A DNA stretch of 64,000 bases from Anaeromyxobacteraceae bacterium. Its GTDB lineage: Bacteria > Myxococcota > Myxococcia > Myxococcales > Anaeromyxobacteraceae. The notes beneath the pieces are model-generated. The model was not told the origin of the DNA. It ran no database searches and saw only the letters and a list, made by a program, of their open reading frames with translations. Every line of letters starts with the position of its first letter. Within the stretch, counting starts at the first letter, position 1. The stretch spans positions 544,001-608,000 of the forward strand of contig JASGHJ010000001.1 in NCBI GenBank assembly GCA_047602405.1, written 5' to 3'. Below are positions 56,056-64,000 of this stretch, piece after piece. The translations under genes were made by a program, and so were the position numbers.

Positions 56056-58252
56056 GAGCTGTCCCATAAGTCCCGCTTGAGCTTGTGAGGGACGGAGACA
56101 GCGGCACGGTGTCCGCGAGGTGGCGGCCGCGTCGGCGATGAGGGAAGCATGCGCCGGAAGCGAGCGAGGTCGCGCGCGGAGAGGGCCGCGAGGACGAGCA
56201 GTCGGCGGGTCGGCAGGAGATGCGTGGTTACTGGATCGTGAAATCTCGGGCGTTGCCCCGGTTCACGCGAGGGCCGGACCTGAACGCCCTGTCAGGGGGT
56301 TGGCGTAGCGTGAAGATGTGGAAGTCGAGGCCAAGCGGACCCGCGGTCCGAACCGCCAGGAGCCCTGGGCGCGCCGCCCGGAGGACGGCGTGTCGGTCCT
56401 GCGGCTCGCGCTCGACGTCCACGATCCCCTGCAGCGCAGGCGGCTCGAGAGGATGTTCGCCGACGCGTACCGGGTGCGGCGGGCGTTGCAGCGGGCGGCC
56501 CGCAACCGTGCGCGGGCCTACTGGGCGGCGAGGCACGAACGGGCCCGGGATGGCGCGGGCACGCGCGACCGGCTCGGCCTCAGCCGCGACGCGCTCGAAC
56601 ACGCCGCCTACGCCTGCCTCGACGCGGCGCCTTACCTCCGGCGTTTCGTCACGAAGGCGCTCGCGATGCACCTCGCCGATTCGGTCTGGTCGGCGGTGGA
56701 GCGGCACCTGTTTCCGGACGCGACCGGGAAACGCCAGGGGCTGCTCCACGTCGGGCGGTGGTTCGACTTCAGGAGGCTGCCCGGTCGCGCGCGCTCGCAT
56801 ACGAAGGATCGGAAGTGGGAGACCTTCCGGCTCCACGGCTCGCTCGTCGGTCGTCGTGAGGTCGCGTCGGCTCCGAGCGGGCGCGTCGACTGGTGGGCCT
56901 ACCAGGGTCCGCTGGTGCTCGTGTTCAGCGGGCTCGCCGACGGCACGCTGGTGCTTCCGGTTCGACTCCCCACGGCTCCCTGCAACCAACCCATCCTCGA
57001 CTACCACCTCGCCGACCCGAGCCTCTGGCACAAGGTCGATGTCGTCCGCACCCGAGCGCCACACGTACCTGGCGGCTGGCGCTACGAAGCCCACCTGATG
57101 GTGCTGAAGGAGCCCTACGTCTCCCCTGCGACGAGGGCGCGCCGCGCGGAGGTCGCCCTCGCCGAGCCCGGCCGCGTGGCTGGAGTGGATGTCAACGTGT
57201 CGAACCTGACCGTCGCCTCCCAGGTGGCGGGAGGCGATCTTCGGCTCACGCGGATCGAGCGCGACGCGGCCACGAAGGAGCGGGACCGTGGCCGGGGACG
57301 CCGCGAGCGTCGCAGGCAGCGAGCCCTGGAGCGCTCCCGCCGGGTCGCCAACAGCGAGCAGTACCGGCTGTCCAAGCGGCAGGAGAAGCGCGCCCGTCGG
57401 CGCGCCGCCGCGGGCCTCCCGCCCGTGGAGGTCATCCCCCAGGGGCCGAGGGTCGCGAGGTCCGATGGCGCTCCGCTCCAGGCCTACCGCGGCGACCGGC
57501 TCACCCGTCGTCACCGGAGGCTCCGGGCGGAAGAGGTCGCTGACGCCGCCGCTGCTGCACAGGCTCGGCGCGACGGTGCCCGGCGGGTGGCCGCGGAGGT
57601 CGTCCGCACGCACGGCTACAAGGTCTTCGTCGAGGAAGGCCCCATCTCCGCCTGGGCGCGACACTGGGGCCGCGGCGTCGCCGCTTTCACGCCGGGCCTG
57701 CTCGTCTCGGCCATCGACCGCGAGGCCCGGGCCGTCGCAGCCGTCGCCAAGGCCAGAGGAGGCGTGGTCCGGATCCCCACCCGCACGACCACGCTCTCCC
57801 AGCGCTGCCCCTGTGGCGCCCGCGTACCGAAGACCCTCGCCGTCCGGGTCCACCGCTGTCCGCGCTGCGGCCTCGAAGGTGACCGCGACGCCGTCTCCGC
57901 GGTGCTCGCGAGCTTCGTCGTGCTCGACCTCCCCGGCGAACCCGCTTCGGCGCGCGTCGACTACGCCGCCGCGCGCGAGTCCCGCCCCGACCTCCAGCGC
58001 CTCCTCACTCCCTACCTGCCGCTCGGGTGGCAAGACACCCGGTCCGAGTCAAACGACCTCTTCGTCCGCGAGGCCAGTTGCCCCGCGTGGCGGACGTCCA
58101 CACCGGCCTCTTCGCCGGTGGCTCGGCGAACCGCCGGAACGGCCACGGGCCCTACCCGGGATGAGCCTCTCTCACGAGAGTCCACGTCCGAGCGGGCCCG
58201 ATGGCGAACCGGACTGCCCCACTCGCCGCTTGGCGAATTATGGGACAGCTCT
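56055..58252 (+). mobile_element. TIR-bounded, transposase-less element carrying a TnpB-like gene (2198 bp)
   Basis: Perfect 15-bp inverted repeats AGAGCTGTCCCATAA (56055-56069) and TTATGGGACAGCTCT (58238-58252). TA on both sides (56053-56054, 58253-58254); the reconstructed empty site reads CTAG. Confidence 0.85.
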
Positions 58253-58255
58253 TAG
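56318..58255 (+). CDS. tnpB: Large TnpB/Cas12f-like RuvC + zinc-ribbon protein (645 aa)
   Basis: RuvC-I VAGVDVN, Arg-rich bridge region, RuvC-II VFVEE, TLSQRCPCG...HRCPRCG Zn ribbon, RuvC-III DRDAVSA. More A/T-ending codons than neighbouring genes. Confidence 0.82.
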   Translation: MEVEAKRTRGPNRQEPWARRPEDGVSVLRLALDVHDPLQRRRLERMFADAYRVRRALQRAARNRARAYWAARHERARDGAGTRDRLGLSRDALEHAAYACLDAAPYLRRFVTKALAMHLADSVWSAVERHLFPDATGKRQGLLHVGRWFDFRRLPGRARSHTKDRKWETFRLHGSLVGRREVASAPSGRVDWWAYQGPLVLVFSGLADGTLVLPVRLPTAPCNQPILDYHLADPSLWHKVDVVRTRAPHVPGGWRYEAHLMVLKEPYVSPATRARRAEVALAEPGRVAGVDVNVSNLTVASQVAGGDLRLTRIERDAATKERDRGRGRRERRRQRALERSRRVANSEQYRLSKRQEKRARRRAAAGLPPVEVIPQGPRVARSDGAPLQAYRGDRLTRRHRRLRAEEVADAAAAAQARRDGARRVAAEVVRTHGYKVFVEEGPISAWARHWGRGVAAFTPGLLVSAIDREARAVAAVAKARGGVVRIPTRTTTLSQRCPCGARVPKTLAVRVHRCPRCGLEGDRDAVSAVLASFVVLDLPGEPASARVDYAAARESRPDLQRLLTPYLPLGWQDTRSESNDLFVREASCPAWRTSTPASSPVARRTAGTATGPTRDEPLSRESTSERARWRTGLPHSPLGELWDSS

Positions 58256-58521
58256 TGCCTCCCGGCCCCGTACGCCCCGAGCGTAGCCGCCGCGGAGCGG
58301 CGGCGGAGACGAGGGGCGGGCTTGAACGCCGCCCGCTTCTTCTCGTTCCCCGAGAGCGCGGCCACCTCGATCGAGCCCCGCTCCCCCACGCCCTCGCCGC
58401 GGAGCTCCTCGCTGAAGAGCTGGACGGCCTCGCCGGCGTCCCACGCCGCGAGGTGGGCGGTGGTGGTGCGCACCGGGGAGCTGAAGGTGCAGCGGAACAG
58501 GGTCTCGCGCTCGACGGTCAT
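58252..58521 (-). CDS. Small hypothetical protein
   Basis: Host-like N-terminal two-thirds; TACAGT 9 nt upstream of ATG. Confidence 0.6.
   Translation of the reverse strand: MTVERETLFRCTFSSPVRTTTAHLAAWDAGEAVQLFSEELRGEGVGERGSIEVAALSGNEKKRAAFKPAPRLRRRSAAATLGAYGAGRH
58268..58319 (+). repeat. REP-like element (CCG...CCCCGAGCGTAG-hairpin-GGAGACGAGGGGCGG), copy 1
   Basis: Closely related inverted copy at 62860-62909; flanks conserved, inner hairpin differs. Confidence 0.8.
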
Positions 58522-58626
58522 GGCGCGCTCACTGTACCGGCGCGCCTCGCAACGCGACCGTGACGAGATCGGGGCGAAGGTGACGAGATCGTGACGCCCG
58601 GGATCCCCGGGCGGGACGGCGCTGCG

Positions 58627-59037
58627 TCAGGCCGCGCCCTCGGCAGGGCGCGCGGAGCGGCGCGAGGCGGTGAGCGCGTCGACCGCCTCCACGAGCGCGC
58701 GCTCGTCGACCGGCTTCGTGAGGAACGCGTCGGCGCCCGCGGCGAGGAGGCCGTCGCGCGACTGCTCGCGGCCGGAGATGCCGATGATCGGCACGCGGGC
58801 GAGGCGCGCATCGGCCGAGGCGCGCAGCGCGCGGATCACCTCGGAGCCGCTCATGCCCTCCATGATCTCGTCGATCACGCAGAGGTCCGGCGGGTCGCGG
58901 TGCGCCTCGGCGAGGGCGAGCGGGCCGGACTCGACGCCCACGGGCACGTGGCCCGCACCCTCGAGGATCATGTCGAGCAGGCGGAGGATGAGGTGGTGGT
59001 CGTCGACGACCAGGATGCGGAGCGACTCGGCGGCCAT
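58627..59037 (-). CDS. Single-domain response regulator
   Basis: ILVVDD, phosphoacceptor D in VIDEIM, FLTKP. Confidence 0.9.
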   Translation of the reverse strand: MAAESLRILVVDDHHLILRLLDMILEGAGHVPVGVESGPLALAEAHRDPPDLCVIDEIMEGMSGSEVIRALRASADARLARVPIIGISGREQSRDGLLAAGADAFLTKPVDERALVEAVDALTASRRSARPAEGAA

Positions 59038-59160
59038 GCGCGCCGCACGGTAGCCCACCCTCCTTCCCCACGCGCGGCCACACCCCGAAGGGTCGAGGTG
59101 AGAACGAGGCGCGCAGCGCCCGAGGCGGGCGCCGCATCACGACGGATCTTGCGGGGCCGC

Positions 59161-59349
59161 TCAGCGCGTGTGGCCGGACGGATCGGAGGACGCCTGCGCC
59201 CACATCTGCCCGTCGTCGCGCGAGCGCTCCATGATGGCGACGCCGATCGCGCACGCGAGGAACACCGCGAGCGCGAGCATCCACGGGCGGAACTCGAGCA
59301 TGCGCTCGAGCCAGGACGTGGGGGCCGGGGCGGGCTTCCGGGCGGGCAT
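59161..59349 (-). CDS. Small single-TM protein
   Basis: GGAG RBS; hydrophobic WMLALAVFLACAIGVAIM. Confidence 0.5.
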   Translation of the reverse strand: MPARKPAPAPTSWLERMLEFRPWMLALAVFLACAIGVAIMERSRDDGQMWAQASSDPSGHTR

Positions 59350-59508
59350 GGGACGCTGCTCCACGGTGGGATCAGTAGACCGGGGAAGGGGGGTGGCGCA
59401 ACCCCTTGACCGCCGTGGCCCCCGCATCGTTCCGGCCCTCCTCCGGAGGGGTGCCGGACACCCTGTTCATGCAAGGATATCAGCGGGTTTCAGCTACACT
59501 CCCGGCCC

Positions 59509-60912
59509 ATGCTCGCCGCCCTCGCCGCCGCCCTCGCCGTGTCGGCCTCCCCCGCCCCGCTCCGCGCCGTCCCGAACGTCATGCGGGTCGACCTCGTCCA
59601 CACCGGCGACGCCACCGGCGAGCGCTTCGGGCTCGATCGCGTGGTGCTCGAGCCGCTCTCGTGGTCCGGCCGGATGGACCGGCTGATCGACGACACCGGG
59701 CTCGGGAAGTACCAGGTCGAGGTCCGCGACCTCGCGACCGGGCGGGCGCTCTACTCGCGCGGCTACTCCAGCGTCTACGCGGAGTGGGAGACGACCGACG
59801 AGGCGCGGCGGCTCCAGCGCGCGTTCCAGGAGTCGGTGCGGTTCCCCGCGCCGGACGCGCCGGTGCAGGTCGTGATCCGCAAGCGCGATCCGCACGGCCT
59901 CTGGCGCGAGGTCTGGAGCGTGCCGGTCGATCCGAAGGACCGCGCGATCGTCACCGCGCGCCCGGCGTCGCCCGGGCCGGTGATCGAGCTCCTGAAGAAC
60001 GGCGAGCCCGGGCAGAAGCTCGACCTCGTCCTCCTCGGCGACGGCTACACCGCGGCCGAGCGCGGCAAGTTCGAGAAGGACGCCCGCCGCCTCCTCGCGG
60101 CGCTCTTCGACAAGGAGCCGTTCCGCGCCCGCAAGGCCGACTTCAACGTGTGGGGCATCGTGCCGCCCGCCGAGCAGTCCGGCGTCTCGCGCCCGCTCAC
60201 CGGCGTCTCCCGCGCGAGCCGCATCGGCGCGAGCTACGACGCGTTCGGCTCGGAGCGGTACGTGCTGTCGTTCGAGGAGCGGTCGCTGCGCGAGGTCGCC
60301 TCCTTCGCGCCGTACGACTTCATCGCCATCCTCGTGAACGGCAACACCTACGGCGGCGGGGGCATCTACGGGCTCTACACCACGGTCGCCGCGGACTCGC
60401 TCTGGGCGTCCTACATCTTCGTCCACGAGCTCGGCCACTCGCTCGGCGGCCTCGGCGACGAGTACTTCACCTCCGACGTCTCGTTCCTGCCCGCCGGCGA
60501 GGCGAAGCCCGAGCCGTGGGAGCCGAACACGACCGCCGACCCGAAGGCGTCGAAGTGGGCCGACCTCCTCACGCCCGGCGTGCCGCTCCCGTCGCCCTGG
60601 CCGAAGGACGCCTTCACCGCGCGCGCGAAGGAGCTGCAGAACCAGCGCAAGAAGCTCCGCGAGACGAACCGGCCCGAGGCCGAGATGGACGCGCTCTTCT
60701 CGCTGCAGAAGAAGGAGGAGACGGCGCTCCTCGGCGCCGCCCCGCTCGCCGGGAAGGTCGGCGCGTTCGAGGGCGCGAACTACGAGGCCTCGGGCTACTA
60801 CCGGCCCTCGGTCGACTGCGTGATGTTCTCGCGCGACGAGGTCCCGTTCTGCCCCGTCTGCCAGCGCTCGCTCGGACGGGTGATCGACCAGTACGCCGGC
60901 CCGCGCCGGTAG
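59509..60912 (+). CDS. M64 family (IgA-peptidase-like) metallopeptidase
   Basis: Signal peptide, LGDGYT, YGGGG, HELGHSLGGLGDEY, EPN, C.M...FCPVC. Confidence 0.9.
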   Translation: MLAALAAALAVSASPAPLRAVPNVMRVDLVHTGDATGERFGLDRVVLEPLSWSGRMDRLIDDTGLGKYQVEVRDLATGRALYSRGYSSVYAEWETTDEARRLQRAFQESVRFPAPDAPVQVVIRKRDPHGLWREVWSVPVDPKDRAIVTARPASPGPVIELLKNGEPGQKLDLVLLGDGYTAAERGKFEKDARRLLAALFDKEPFRARKADFNVWGIVPPAEQSGVSRPLTGVSRASRIGASYDAFGSERYVLSFEERSLREVASFAPYDFIAILVNGNTYGGGGIYGLYTTVAADSLWASYIFVHELGHSLGGLGDEYFTSDVSFLPAGEAKPEPWEPNTTADPKASKWADLLTPGVPLPSPWPKDAFTARAKELQNQRKKLRETNRPEAEMDALFSLQKKEETALLGAAPLAGKVGAFEGANYEASGYYRPSVDCVMFSRDEVPFCPVCQRSLGRVIDQYAGPRR

Positions 60913-60933
60913 TGCCGCCGGCCCCGCGTGAAC

Positions 60934-60980
60934 TCCCCCTCTCCCCCCGCGGAGCGAGGGGAGAGGGCCGGGGTGAGGGG
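60934..60980. repeat. CCCTCTCCC...GGGAGAGGG-type REP-like palindrome
   Basis: CCCTCTCCCCCCGCGGAGCGAGGGGGAGAGGG followed by GGGGTGAGGGG, downstream of the M64 stop. Confidence 0.75.
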
Positions 60981-61112
60981 GCACGACCCACTACAATTTA
61001 GCTCCGTAACTTCGGGTCCTTGCCGACCCGCACTGGGGGTACCCTTGCCTTGCGCGTTGCGTTATGATTCCTGAGTCAACGCGCCGCACCCCGCTCCCCC
61101 TCGGAGGGCCCC

Positions 61113-62855
61113 ATGACCGACAAGAAGACCGCCAGCTTCATGCAGTCGCTCTGCGCCGGCGAGATCGAGGAGGAGATCCTCCTCCCCTACCCCGAGCCGC
61201 GCGCCGAGGAGAAGGAGACCCTCCAGGCCGTGTTCGGGACCCTGAAGTCCCTGCTCGGCAACCGCGACAAGGACTTCCGCGCGTGGGACCGCGCCGGCGA
61301 GTTCACGCCGGCGTTCGTGGACGAGCTCAAGGAGGCGGGGCTCTTCGGCCTCGTCATCCCGGAGCAGCACGGCGGCCTCGGGCTCGGCGCGATGGCCTAC
61401 TCGCGGGTGATCCAGGAGCTCGGCAAGTACGACGGCTCGACGGCGGTGACCGTCGGCGCGCACAGCTCGATCGGCATGCGCGGCCTGCTCCTCTTCGGCA
61501 ACGAGGAGCAGCGCGCGCGTTACATGCCGAAGCTCGCGACCGGCGAGATGATCGCCGCGTTCTGCCTGACCGAGCCGGGCGCCGGCTCCGACGCCGCGGG
61601 CATCAAGACGAACGCGGTCAAGGACGGCGACGACTGGATCCTGAACGGCGAGAAGATCTGGATCACGAACGGCGGCATCGCCGACTTCTTCACCGTCTTC
61701 GCGAAGACCTCCTCCGAGGGGCGCGGGCACATCACCGCGTTCATCGTGACGCGCGACATGAAGGGCGTCACGACCGGCCCGCACGAGGACAAGATGGGCA
61801 TCCGCGCGTCCTCGACCACGACGGTGGTCCTCGAGGACGTGCGCGTCCCCGCCGCGAACGTGCTCGGCGAGGTCGGCAAGGGCTTCAAGGTCGCGATGAA
61901 GATCCTCAACTCCGGCCGCACCGGCCTCGGCGGCGGCTCGGTGGGCGGGATGAAGCGCCTCATCGGCTTCTCGGTGGAGCAGGCGAAGGGCCGCGTGCAG
62001 TTCGGCCAGCCCATCTCCACCTTCGCGACCATCCAGGACAAGATCGGCCAGATGGTCATCGACGCCTACGCCTCCGAGAGCGTCGTGAACCTCGTGGCGG
62101 GCCTCGTCGACCGCGGCTTCGAGGAGTACGCGGTCGAGGCCGCCATCTCGAAGGTGCTGTCGACCGAGATGCTCTGGAAGACGTCCGACGAGGCGCTGCA
62201 AATCGCCGCCGGCCAGGGCTTCATGCGCGAGATGCCCTACGAGATGGCGATGCGCGACTGCCGCATCAACCGGATCTTCGAGGGCACGAACGAGATCCTG
62301 CGCCTGTTCATCGCGCTGACCGCGATGAACGACGTCGCCGAGGACCTCAAGGAGATCGCCGCCTCCACCCGCGGCATCTTCGACGACCCGATCAAGGGCT
62401 TCGGGGTCCTCTCCGACTACGCGCGCAAGCGCGCCTCGCTCGTCACGGGCCTCCGCCGCGAGAAGGGCAAGTGGACGATGCTCCACGCCTCGCTCGCCGA
62501 GGAGGCCGCGCTCCACGAGGAGGGCACGACCGAGCTCGCGAAGGCCGCCGACCGGATCCTCCGCAGGTTCGGGAAGAAGATCATCGGCCAGCAGCTCGTC
62601 ACCCGCCGGCTCGCCGACATCATGATCGACCTCTTCGCCATGTCCGCGGTGCTCTCCCGCGTCTCGACGAAGATCGACGACCACGGCGAGGCCGCCGCGT
62701 CGGTGGAGCGCGAGATCGCGAAGGCCTTCGTGCGCCAGGCGAAGCGCCGCGTGGACCGCAACTTCGCCGCCATCGACGACAACGAGGACGAGGCCGTGAA
62801 GTCCCTCGCGAAGCACGTCCTCGAGGTCGGTCGCTACGAGTGGGACAACGTCTGA
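61113..62855 (+). CDS. Acyl-CoA dehydrogenase (VLCAD/ACAD9-like, long form)
   Basis: GGAGG RBS, AFCLTEPGAGSD, LNGEKIWITNG, KMGIRAS, RIFEGTNEI. Confidence 0.95.
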   Translation: MTDKKTASFMQSLCAGEIEEEILLPYPEPRAEEKETLQAVFGTLKSLLGNRDKDFRAWDRAGEFTPAFVDELKEAGLFGLVIPEQHGGLGLGAMAYSRVIQELGKYDGSTAVTVGAHSSIGMRGLLLFGNEEQRARYMPKLATGEMIAAFCLTEPGAGSDAAGIKTNAVKDGDDWILNGEKIWITNGGIADFFTVFAKTSSEGRGHITAFIVTRDMKGVTTGPHEDKMGIRASSTTTVVLEDVRVPAANVLGEVGKGFKVAMKILNSGRTGLGGGSVGGMKRLIGFSVEQAKGRVQFGQPISTFATIQDKIGQMVIDAYASESVVNLVAGLVDRGFEEYAVEAAISKVLSTEMLWKTSDEALQIAAGQGFMREMPYEMAMRDCRINRIFEGTNEILRLFIALTAMNDVAEDLKEIAASTRGIFDDPIKGFGVLSDYARKRASLVTGLRREKGKWTMLHASLAEEAALHEEGTTELAKAADRILRRFGKKIIGQQLVTRRLADIMIDLFAMSAVLSRVSTKIDDHGEAAASVEREIAKAFVRQAKRRVDRNFAAIDDNEDEAVKSLAKHVLEVGRYEWDNV

Positions 62856-62859
62856 CGGT

Positions 62860-62909
62860 CCGCCCCTCGTCTCCGGGCCGCTGCGCGGCCCTACGCTCGG
62901 GGTGAACGG
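62860..62909 (-). repeat. REP-like element, copy 2
   Basis: Reverse complement is CCGTTCACCCCGAGCGTAGGGCCGCGCAGCGGCCCGGAGACGAGGGGCGG. Confidence 0.8.
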
Positions 62910-62917
62910 TTCCAGTG

Positions 62918-62953
62918 AAAGACGCCCGGCCCCGCGAGGGGCCGGGCGTTTCT
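62918..62953. terminator. Probable bidirectional intrinsic terminator
   Basis: 12-bp stem ACGCCCGGCCCC-GCGA-GGGGCCGGGCGT with short A and T flanks, between convergent genes. Confidence 0.75.
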
Positions 62954-62969
62954 CATGTGATCCCCCCGG

Positions 62970-63665
62970 TCAGGCCTCCAGGAACGCCCCCACGAGCCGG
63001 CTGAAGCCCTCGTCGCCGAGCTGGGCGGGGACCTCGGTGGCCTTCGGGAGCTCGCCGCCGTCCGCCGCTGCGAGGCCGAGCTCGCCCTCGACGAACCGCG
63101 CGAGGCGGGCCTTCTCGGCCGTGAGCCAGGCCTTCGTGTCGGCGCCCTTCGGGAACCTGAGGTAGCTCGGCTCGCCCGGCGCCACGTTGAAGAGCCACTC
63201 GCCGCCGCGCTCCGACTTCACGCGGCCCGGATCGCGCTCGACGCCGCGGTTGACGGCCTTCACGGTGCCGTCGACCGGCGCGGGCACGCGGACGGAGAGC
63301 CGGCCGGCGTGCAGCACCGCGACGGGCTCGCCGCGGCGCACGCGTGCGCCGACGCGGGGCAGGTCGACCGCCGTCACCGACGGCAGGAGCTGCTGCCCGA
63401 AGTCGTCGAGGCCGACCGCGAGGCCGTCGCCCTGCGGCGCGAGCCAGGTGTGCGTCGGCGCGTGGAAGGCGTCCTCGCGGTACTGGAGGTCGCCCGCGGT
63501 GGCGCGCTTCGTCGCGGTCGCGCGGCCCAGCGCGAGCCGGGCGTACGCGTACGCGATGGCGGGGATCGCGAGGACGAGCGCCCCGGCGACGAAGAGGATG
63601 AACCGGCCGGTGAGGCCGGCGAGCACGATGCCGAGGAAGGAGAGGATGGAGATCGAAGTCGTCAT
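62970..63665 (-). CDS. Membrane-anchored GcvH-like protein lacking the lipoyl lysine
   Basis: N-terminal TM segments; HTWL, VGLDDF, APVDG.V.AVN, GEWLF. Confidence 0.8.
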   Translation of the reverse strand: MTTSISILSFLGIVLAGLTGRFILFVAGALVLAIPAIAYAYARLALGRATATKRATAGDLQYREDAFHAPTHTWLAPQGDGLAVGLDDFGQQLLPSVTAVDLPRVGARVRRGEPVAVLHAGRLSVRVPAPVDGTVKAVNRGVERDPGRVKSERGGEWLFNVAPGEPSYLRFPKGADTKAWLTAEKARLARFVEGELGLAAADGGELPKATEVPAQLGDEGFSRLVGAFLEA

Positions 63666-63703
63666 GGTGGCGTTCCCTCGCGGTGGTCCACACGTCCTTC
63701 ATG

Positions 63704-63718
63704 GCAAGCCACGGGCCA
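63704..63718 (-). promoter_or_regulatory. Sigma-54 (-24/-12) promoter upstream of the GcvH-like gene
   Basis: Minus strand TGGCCCGTGGCTTGC matches TGGC-N7-TTGC, about 40 nt before the ATG. Confidence 0.75.
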
Positions 63719-64000
63719 GCCCTCGGCCGCCCGAAAGGCCCTGATCACGCGGGCCTGCGGGGCCGCGGCGCGCTGTCGCGTGGAAGAACTCAGCGATCGG
63801 GCGGGGGTCCGGGAGACGAACCCTCGTGATCACGGGCACCTGGGCCGTTTCGTTTCATCGCTCTACGGCTGCTGAGAAACGATACGCCCAGGGATCGCGG
63901 GGTTAGCGGACCCCCGGTCCGCTCACGTGCGGCGAAACGCCGGGATCGCGCCGCGCGCCGCGCGCTCCATCGGGAGGAGCGCGGCGTACAGCGCGTCGTG

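Noticed and set aside
56228..58033. 601-aa minus-strand ORF as the missing transposase
   Set aside because: No DDE, HUH (Y1) or serine-recombinase motifs seen; it reads as an antisense shadow of the TnpB-like gene.

Overview
Very GC-rich bacterial chromosome segment. Gene content (sigma-54 activators with FHA domains, Ser/Thr kinase-TPR, bactofilin, HDOD and many lipoproteins) suggests an Anaeromyxobacter-like myxobacterium; this is inference. About 50 real genes cover transport, RNA metabolism, peptidases, fatty-acid oxidation, ilvD and signalling. Most other ORFs in the track are antisense or shadow frames caused by the high GC. No rRNA, tRNA or CRISPR array was seen. Two mobile elements stand out. 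(1) A 2198-bp element (56055-58252) has perfect 15-bp terminal inverted repeats and a TA duplication inside CTAG. It carries no transposase, only a 645-aa TnpB/Cas12f-like RuvC + Zn-ribbon protein with structured sequence at both ends. It sits in the shared stop codons of two convergent genes and is the best candidate for an undescribed RNA-guided system. (2) A group II intron (13317-15246, minus strand) is inserted at the start codon of a TPR gene, and its 3' end rebuilds the RBS and ATG. Also present: a back-to-back deletion scar, a frameshifted lipoprotein gene, several REP-like repeat families, two sigma-54 promoters and a recurring leaderless-type TANNNT-start signature.
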